Below are positions 56,700 through 64,000 of a stretch of 64,000 nucleotides of DNA, one piece after another. Made by a program: the position numbers and the translations under genes. The stretch is taken from positions 8,155,655 to 8,219,654 of the forward strand of contig NW_017803490.1 in NCBI RefSeq assembly GCF_001625305.1, read 5' to 3'. How positions within the stretch are numbered: position 1 is the first letter of the stretch; each line of letters starts with the position of its first letter. The stretch comes from Branchiostoma belcheri (lineage: Eukaryota). The notes under the pieces were generated by a model, which searched no databases, had not been told where the DNA came from, and was given only the letters and a program-made list of their open reading frames with translations.

Positions 56700-59600
56700 G
56701 TGGGGTATATTTGTTGTCCCTTTGTAACAGTGTTACAGTTGTAAAGCCTGGTTGTATATACCAGGGTTTTTTTTTTTCTAGAAAAAAATTCAGAAAGACT
56801 TAATGCTGTGTATGTAGCCACGTAGGGTTTAATCTGAAAATTGACATGAAGGTGCTGGCTGGTTACATGAGGGAGCAGCGCCCTTATTCCCTGGTTTAGA
56901 ATAACTCCTGTATATACAATATCGGTCACATGGACACAAGTGATTTGTTTCTTTGTTCACTTCGCTCACTCGGTAGTTTATTCAGTTGTCAGCAAGAAGG
57001 AACTCATCAACGTGCTCACGGTGGGGAAATTTATTGTGCCTTTCACTGCACGACAAATTGGGTTTACTAGTTGTAGTAAACAGTTACTTTTGTAAACAGT
57101 ACCGTGCTTTAGAATTGTAGTAAATAAACTGGTAACGAGGTCCACAAGTAGAAAGTTTACTAAGGTCTTGTCCGTAGGCTAATTGCAAGTACATGTAACA
57201 TAACAATAAAGGATGGACAATGGATGTAACTTCATGTAACTTCTTCTTCTACTTCTTCTTCTCGGAACTAAATACTAACTTATTGGGTTCTACTTCTTTT
57301 TCCGAGACAGTAGAAGACGAATGATCCCACTTTTTCTACAATGTGCGGGTTTTGTGATATTGGACAGCAATATCCTTTATGATATATAATGCATGTTGCA
57401 TTCCTAGCTTACAGTCATAAGTTAGGACATGTATTCTATTACCATGTGTATGCTTGTGAGTCCTTATTTAGTTTGTGTGTGCGATGGATGGTGTATATTT
57501 GATTTTTGAACAGAAGCGAAGGACGGTAAATAGACTTTTTAAAACTCTTCTTATTGTGTTATATCCATTTACAAATCGCTACCGTATATTTTCCTGTCAA
57601 AATGGGATGACAAAAACCATTAACAGGTTTACTAAGAATACTCAAATAAAATAGTTTGCCAACGACAAGATTCCTCAACAAGTTCCCAGCAAGCGGTAGA
57701 TTCCACGTCTTTTCTTCTGAAAATACTCCTATAAAATAGTTTGCAAAGACCAGCTTTCTACACAATAACGCAGTAAGGGGTAGATTTTACTTCTTTTCTT
57801 TGCAACTCAAAACCAGCCGCATGTGGTAAATGGTCCGCATTTTCTCGTAAAAGCCAACCAACACTTCATAGGAACATGACACATGCACCAGTACGATACG
57901 CACACATCTAAACCGCCTCGGCTTACTTAGATGCGTAGTCTCAAATCCCCTTCTGCTATTACATTAGAATAAGTGATATTATACGCTGCGTTCTTCCTAC
58001 GCTCTCGACAATGTTTGGTAAGCCGAAGACGTAATGATAGGGGTTAGACACACAAAAATCGGCCATCAAAGGATTATCCTACCCATAAGAAGGATTGGAC
58101 AGGCAGTAATGTTGATGGTCTGACCGATGTTTAAATCTAGATAAATGCGTAAGCACGAAGGCCGTATAAAACATTCGAGACCTCACCAAAAACTAGGAAA
58201 ATAAATCACATTTTGGAGGTAAACTATAAACTAGAAAGCATTTTATAAATGCCCACCAAGTCTCACTGTGACCCGTTTCTTTGCAATCAAAGCTTTGTTT
58301 CAATCAGCACTGAGGAAAAAGCCGAGAAAACTAGAAAGGTAACATTTGCAAAGCAAATTCATAATGTAACCCAACACCACAGGGAGTCTGCTACAGCACC
58401 AGTTACCAAGGTTATTGACCTTATGTGTTCGAAGAAGAAGAGGAAGAAACAGAACAAAAATTATGTTTTCCTTCCGCGAAGGAAGGGGCTAGAACTATGC
58501 TTGTCGTTACAGGACCTCCCCATGACATCTTCGTTATATAGTCAAATCTTTGTTGCTAATTCGCCTGCATTTCGACCATTAAGAAGTGGGTCGCTGACTT
58601 TAAGCACACCAGGGAGGGCCCTAAAAGTTTACCTGGACACCTGAGGCCGCAGCTCCCTAAGACTTGCTGATCTCATCATTGTATAATGATATCAACCAGG
58701 CTAGAGAGACATTCACGTCTTTGTATTTCGGTTAGGCTGAGGTCTCATTTCCAAGCCCAATCCTGACCGGGTTGTTTACGTAAACGAAAAATAAAACAAT
58801 TGATATCAAGAATATCTACAGGTAGTGCTCATAATTAATTGTTGCCTATCTTTAGTGTTTGGGACTGGATATCATACTTCTCGTTTCATAAGACTGCCCG
58901 GCCGGGCCCCGGTTTGGAAATGTGACCTCAGCATTAAGGATTGAAACATTTCTCTCCATTAACGTGACTTTGTCTGAACCCACAAAAGCATGAACGTGTC
59001 AGGATCTGAGATTACCAGGTGGTTTACACCGAGGGGGTGCTGTCAGGATGAGGAATGTTGTTATTTTGATGTACTGGTAACGAGATCCCCCAGGCACCCT
59101 GGTAACGAGAGGGCATGGCTGACTCAGCAAACCTCGAGTGTCTACAAAATTCCCTTTAGACTATTCGCGCCGAGTGCCTCCAGCGAGCCAATATAGCGAG
59201 AAATCAAAGATCTCCTATCTCTTTGTGAAGTATAAAGAGTTTTATAATGAGAATTAAACTGTTCTCCAACTCAATAAAATTGACTCAACGGAATTTTAGA
59301 CCGACTCACTCGGTCTTCATCAGCTTTCTGATCCCTTTCTTTTCTCAAGTTTCTTGAGTTGGAGAACAGTTTAATTCCCATTATGGTTTTTACTAACTCA
59401 GATTTCATGCTAGTATTAAGAGTTTTTGTTTCTTTATTTCTTTCTTTCTAAAACGAAACCTCTATACACTGAGGTAATAACCCTAAGGAAACCCATACAA
59501 CCCAATCGAACACCAAATCGAACACACTATTCGAAATAGAACAGGGGGTTCGACGTGTTCGACTCTCAATGGTCTATTCTATGCAGCACAAGTGTGAAAC

Positions 59601-61059
59601 TTTCAAGTACTTGTGATCAAGATTGCCATGCTGCTTAACATTCATTTTAAAAACTCGTTACATGCAATATAAGTAAACAAGAGACGGTGCAAGGGGATCA
59701 TTTACTGTCTATTTTGATGATTATGATCAGATGAGCTTGACATGTTTGTAATTATAGATTCATTAGTTGATGACATATTTGATAATGATCGGTGATCTTA
59801 ATTGTGATAAATGAGCTTTACGATGATATATAAATGTATACAGTCTATAACGAAGATATGATCCTTCAAGTTTAATCAACTTTACATGTCAAGTGTATTT
59901 CGTACTTTAATCTGTTGGATGGAAAGACGGATGGAAACGTTACCTGGTTGGTCTAATTTTTCCTATGATCTCAAACTTCATCTAAACTTGTGAATAGCAA
60001 AGTTCTTTGATCACAACCATTTATTTTTTTACGAGCCGACGTTTCGATGACTGTCTGTAATCTTCATCAGGGCAATTCTGACTGGTTTGCTGTGCACTGA
60101 CGCTAGATGTTACATAGTTCACAGCGCACAGTTACTTCATCTAAACTTGTCTGTGTCTGCTTAGTCTTGTTACACTCCTACGCTACTGTTTTGGAAAGAA
60201 TTTACGAACCAAGTTTTTACCATTCCCCAGAGACAGTATTTTGTACAGCTGCACAAAATCTGACTGAAATGCCAGATGTCCTTGAAGCGACCTTGCTGAG
60301 TTTATGAAAGCACAAGATGTCGTCCCTGCTGAGTTGAGATGTATCGGAGGTTGCAAACAGGGTCCTTCCCAGAAGGACTACATATTGATTTGTGAAGTTT
60401 CTTTTCTTCTTGTTCTTCACCAAGCAAAGTCGATGACCTAGAACAGGCGTCTGTCACCATGATAAATAGTGCTGTAGCAGACACCCTGTGGCGTTGGGTT
60501 ACATTTTCTAGCAAGGCAGAGTTGGGGGGGGGGGTCACCATATATCATATATTAATATGTTTGAGGAACAATAATGTGAACAATCATGTGAAGGTAAACA
60601 TTACGCATTTGCTTTCAAAATGTTGCCTTTCTAGTTTTAATTTCTACATGTGTCTTTGAGTTTTTTCACGACTTTGCTTAGTGCAAGGCGAGAGATTGAT
60701 TGGCAATTGCACTGAAATTGGGTTGCTGAAACAGCACCTCTTTTCCCTGAGTCAGAAACATTTCACAAAAGCCCTGACGGGTACATAAAGTAGAGTAATA
60801 GGTCCCCCTGGTATCAGTTGATTGCACAAGTGTGCGGTTTGACACTTCGAGACGTTTTCCTTAATGAGTAAAGCTGTCGGAGTTCTTCTAACGTCGTTGT
60901 TAGATGAATTAGCTTGTTACGCAAGCGGTTATGCTTCATTGCAACTCTCAATGGTATAAACTTAACCAACAGTCATTTATCTTTGCGACATATATTGAAC
61001 GTCATTAACAGAGCACTGCGTTAGAGACATTTAAGACAACCGAAGTTAAACTTACTCTC

Positions 61060-61250
61060 CAAGCAGATGTTTGGGGTTTGGGGTTATTTTTGGCGTGTTT
61101 TAGGCTTTTGTTTATCGGGGTTTCTCTTTTGGACTGGAATTTGGTGAGAAAAAAAATTCAGTGCAAAAGAGAAACCCCGATAGAAAAGCCTAAAAACACG
61201 CCAAAAATAACCCCAAATCCAAACCTCTGCTTGGAGAGTAGTTAAACTAT
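61060..61250. mobile_element. MITE hairpin ('ggggtttggggttatttttggcgtgttttaggcttttgtttatcggggtttctcttttg' and its reverse complement), flanked by the TIR 'ctccaagcag/ctgcttggag'.
   Basis: The inverted repeat is visible directly in the sequence. Confidence 0.7.
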
Positions 61251-63239
61251 GAGCCCGATTCAAATCCTGCGATGCGCCTCAATTCAGTAGGGACGACACG
61301 TTTTCGATTCCATAATTTTATCAAGGTCAATGTATGAACCTCCGGCTTACTCCTCAGGTTTTATGTAGCCCTGTCTTGCCTTGGGCATGGTAAAAAAAGG
61401 TACTTGGTGTATACTCGAAATCACATTTCAGAACTTATTTTGTTGTTAAGTGCACTTCACAGCGTAGCCTGGCTATCTACGGGCTCTAAAGGCTCACGTT
61501 TGAAGTTAGCTCTAAAGGCTCACGTTTGAAGTTAGCTCTAAAGGCTCACGTTTGAAGTTAGCTCTAAAGGCTCACGTTTGAAGTTAGCGTGAAAGTGTAT
61601 CTCCATTTGTTGACACATACCAAACACCCACTCGGGTCAAAAGATGTTAAACTGTATTCTATGAGAGATAAAACGACTGAAGCTCAAAATGACAAATTGT
61701 GAGTGTTAGCGAGCCTAACAGAATTTACGCAAGCACTTAACGTGATCCATGTTTGTATTACATCATAGTTGATCATGGGCAGGATTGCAGACCAAATACT
61801 TAAAACTTAGGTTCATTGATGGATGACATAACACAAAGATAACATCCGGACAGATGACTACACATGCACAGAGCAATCCCTGTGTGTGTTGTTGTGGAAG
61901 GCTTCATCACTCACTGTCAGATAAAGTGAGAACTGAAGATTGGAAGGATGTTTTTGCTGTCGGTTACACTTTGTAAGCAGCAGTTATGTAGAAACGCTGT
62001 TAGTCAGAAATGGCGGCTCACTAGGAAGTGCTGAGTACAAATATAATCAGCATCTCGTGCTTAGGCTTTTTAAGCCACTCTTTTTGATTTTATGGATGAC
62101 ATACACGAACACATCAATTTTCGCCCCCTCACATGCACACTAAAAGCAACCAGGCGTTTTTTTAGGTACTTCAAGTATGCCAGGAGTAGAAAAGAAAACA
62201 CGAAAATACCAGTGGAAGGGAGGCAGGGTTTGAATTAACGTACACTTGCTTTCACCATTAAGTCTTCCAAAGTCAAAGAAGGTACGCAAAATAATTTATT
62301 GTTTGGTACACCATGCTAAGTGTTTTCAGCCATTTTGTGAACCCTTCCAAATACTTTTCGCACGCAACCATGTATGATCCGCAGTGCCAAGGGGATGCCA
62401 TACACTTTCCCATAACTGCTGAGTGCTAGGCGGACAAAAAAAAAACGTTATGTACCATGCATAAAGCCGGTGATAAGCGACCATTCTGCCCTCTAGGATG
62501 TTGCACCGATTCAAGTAGTCGACATTTATTATCCTTCGACTGCTACTTTCTCCAGAGAGGTTCACAGTACATTACACATTTACTCCAGGCATAACATTCG
62601 CGAAAAACTAGACGAACCCTAAAAGCACCTACTGGGTATGCGTACGTAATGGAGCTATTAAGAGTGTCGTGCAGGTCTTCCGAGTAAGAACTTTTGGACC
62701 CACTCAAAATGGCAAACGGACAGACATGAGGTTGTAAAATGTCTAACTACACTCTTCAAACGGTCACTAGAACTTTAATCGTGTTTCAACGGCCATAAAC
62801 CTCATTGCTGCTACAGTCATACCTGCCTCTAGTGAGTTGGACTTGGTCTCAACTCTCTGACTTCTATATCCAGTCACTTCGGTCTGTAGTCACAGGGCTA
62901 CCACCTCTAAAGACTATTCGAACACCAATCTGAACACCGGTTCTATGTACAGTATGTCAGCATGCATAGAACTGTACTAAGACTAACACTAAAACTAACA
63001 TGTTCTGCAGTTACTTGAGGACCTCTTAGGAAGGTTCAGTGTCTCTGGTAGCCTTGGTCATTGGTCTCCTGTATTTTGAGTGTTAACATTTGCAATGTTT
63101 ATGTACAGATATCTACGTAAACACGATTCCAATGGCAATGTTATTCTTTGTGACTTTATGTGAAACACCACGAACATTACACAATTCAGGAAAGGATTAC
63201 CATGACTCACCCTGCCAATGTATATTTGTCCATTGACAT

Positions 63240-63960
63240 CGATGGACAGCCTCAAGCAAGTAAGCATGTTTGGAATCGTAAGAAGCCATACATCGACAAA
63301 CAACTAATCTAACTAACTTATGATGTACTGTGTTTTTTTTTTAGTTTCTCCAAGACATCAGACTTCCCCAAGAGGAAACCAACATAGGCGACCTGCTGAT
63401 GGTCAAGGAACACCGCAAACATTACACATTTTAGGAAAGAATTACTTTTCCGGTCAATGTATGTTTAAAATCGTAGGAAACAATAAAGTTATACATCGAT
63501 GAGTCCAACTAATATATTCATCTTATTCTGCAGTTTCTCCAAGACATCAGACTTCCTCAAGAGGAAACCAACATAGACGACTTTCTGTTGGCCCAGGAAC
63601 ACCGCAAACATTACACATTTCAGGAAAGAATTACTTTAATGACCAATGTATGTTTGAAATCGTAAAAACAAGTTATACATCGACGAACCCAACTAATATA
63701 TTCATCTTATTCTGCAGTTTCTCCAAGACATCAGACTTCCTCAAGAGGAAACCAACATAGACGACCTGCTGTTGTCTTAAAATGCCATTGTGCATTTGAA
63801 ATCGTAAGAAGCAGCAAACTCGTTCATTGACAAACAGCTAACCTAACTATGATGTACTGATATTTTGCAGTTTCTCCAAGACATCAGACTTCCTCAGGAG
63901 GAAACCAACATAGACGACCTCCTGTTGGCCCAGGAACGGCGGGAGCGGGAACACCACATC
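63240..63960 (+). repeat. Tandem array of 153-189 bp x 4. Each unit is an intron tail, a strong 3' splice site (ttattctgcag) and the first 60 nt or so of the NCS-like exon. Only the last unit continues as an intact exon.
   Basis: Units start at 63345, 63534, 63717 and 63870, each with 'cagTTTCTCCAAGACATCAGACTTCCTCAAGAGGAAACCAACATAGACGAC…'. Units 1-3 diverge into intron-like sequence and reach stop codons. Confidence 0.8.
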
Positions 63961-64000
63961 CAGGAGGTGACTGAGAAGATATTCGAGGAGTTAGACAGCG
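63870..64000 (+). CDS. NCS-like gene exon (partial, runs off the window)
   Basis: Acceptor 'gatattttgcag|TTTCTCC'. Encodes FLQDIRLPQEETNIDDLLLAQERREREHHIQEVTEKIFEELDS. Compared with NCS-1 '[24 protein letters not shown]'. Phase 0 continuation from the exon at 56508. Confidence 0.6.

Noticed and set aside
56264-56929. 221-aa minus-strand ORF overlapping NCS exon 3
   Set aside because: It is antisense to a well-supported EF-hand exon with canonical splice sites, and has no recognisable protein features.

Overview
This is eukaryotic (metazoan, probably invertebrate) genomic DNA. It is rich in microsatellites, tRNA-derived SINEs, MITE-like hairpins and satellite-like tandem arrays. There are no prokaryotic features and no CRISPR.

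Three gene systems are visible.

(1) A death-domain/ankyrin gene family.
- Four intronless paralogues lie in a head-to-tail tandem array on the minus strand (genes A-D, positions 1-15065). Each encodes an N-terminal death domain (DD), an unrecognised module of about 140 aa, an acidic 'STQTQETDE' tract, and C-terminal ankyrin (ANK) repeats.
- A fifth paralogue (gene E, plus strand, 23628-25856) is nested antisense inside an intron of a POC5 gene.
- The paralogues share near-identical 5' leaders and roughly 600-bp 3' flanks, pointing to recent segmental duplication or gene conversion.
- Gene C carries expanded in-frame coding minisatellites and about twice as many ANK repeats as the others. Gene A appears to be a mosaic carrying both subtypes of the middle module.

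(2) A centrosomal POC5 orthologue on the minus strand, about 17330-28440.
- Eleven exons were reconstructed from splice signals and similarity to POC5. A CCAAT-box promoter sits upstream.

(3) A myristoylation-motif neuronal-calcium-sensor (NCS/KChIP-like) EF-hand gene on the plus strand, 43966 to beyond 64000.
- Four exons fall in the window.
- Every splice junction in the window has a nearby partial tandem copy of itself (decoy donor or acceptor). One of these is a four-unit tandem array of the last exon's acceptor and 5' part.
- Similar junction duplications occur at two POC5 exons, each next to a microsatellite.

The DD-module-ANK cluster with its unrecognised central module is the best candidate for an undescribed signalling or innate-immune-like system.
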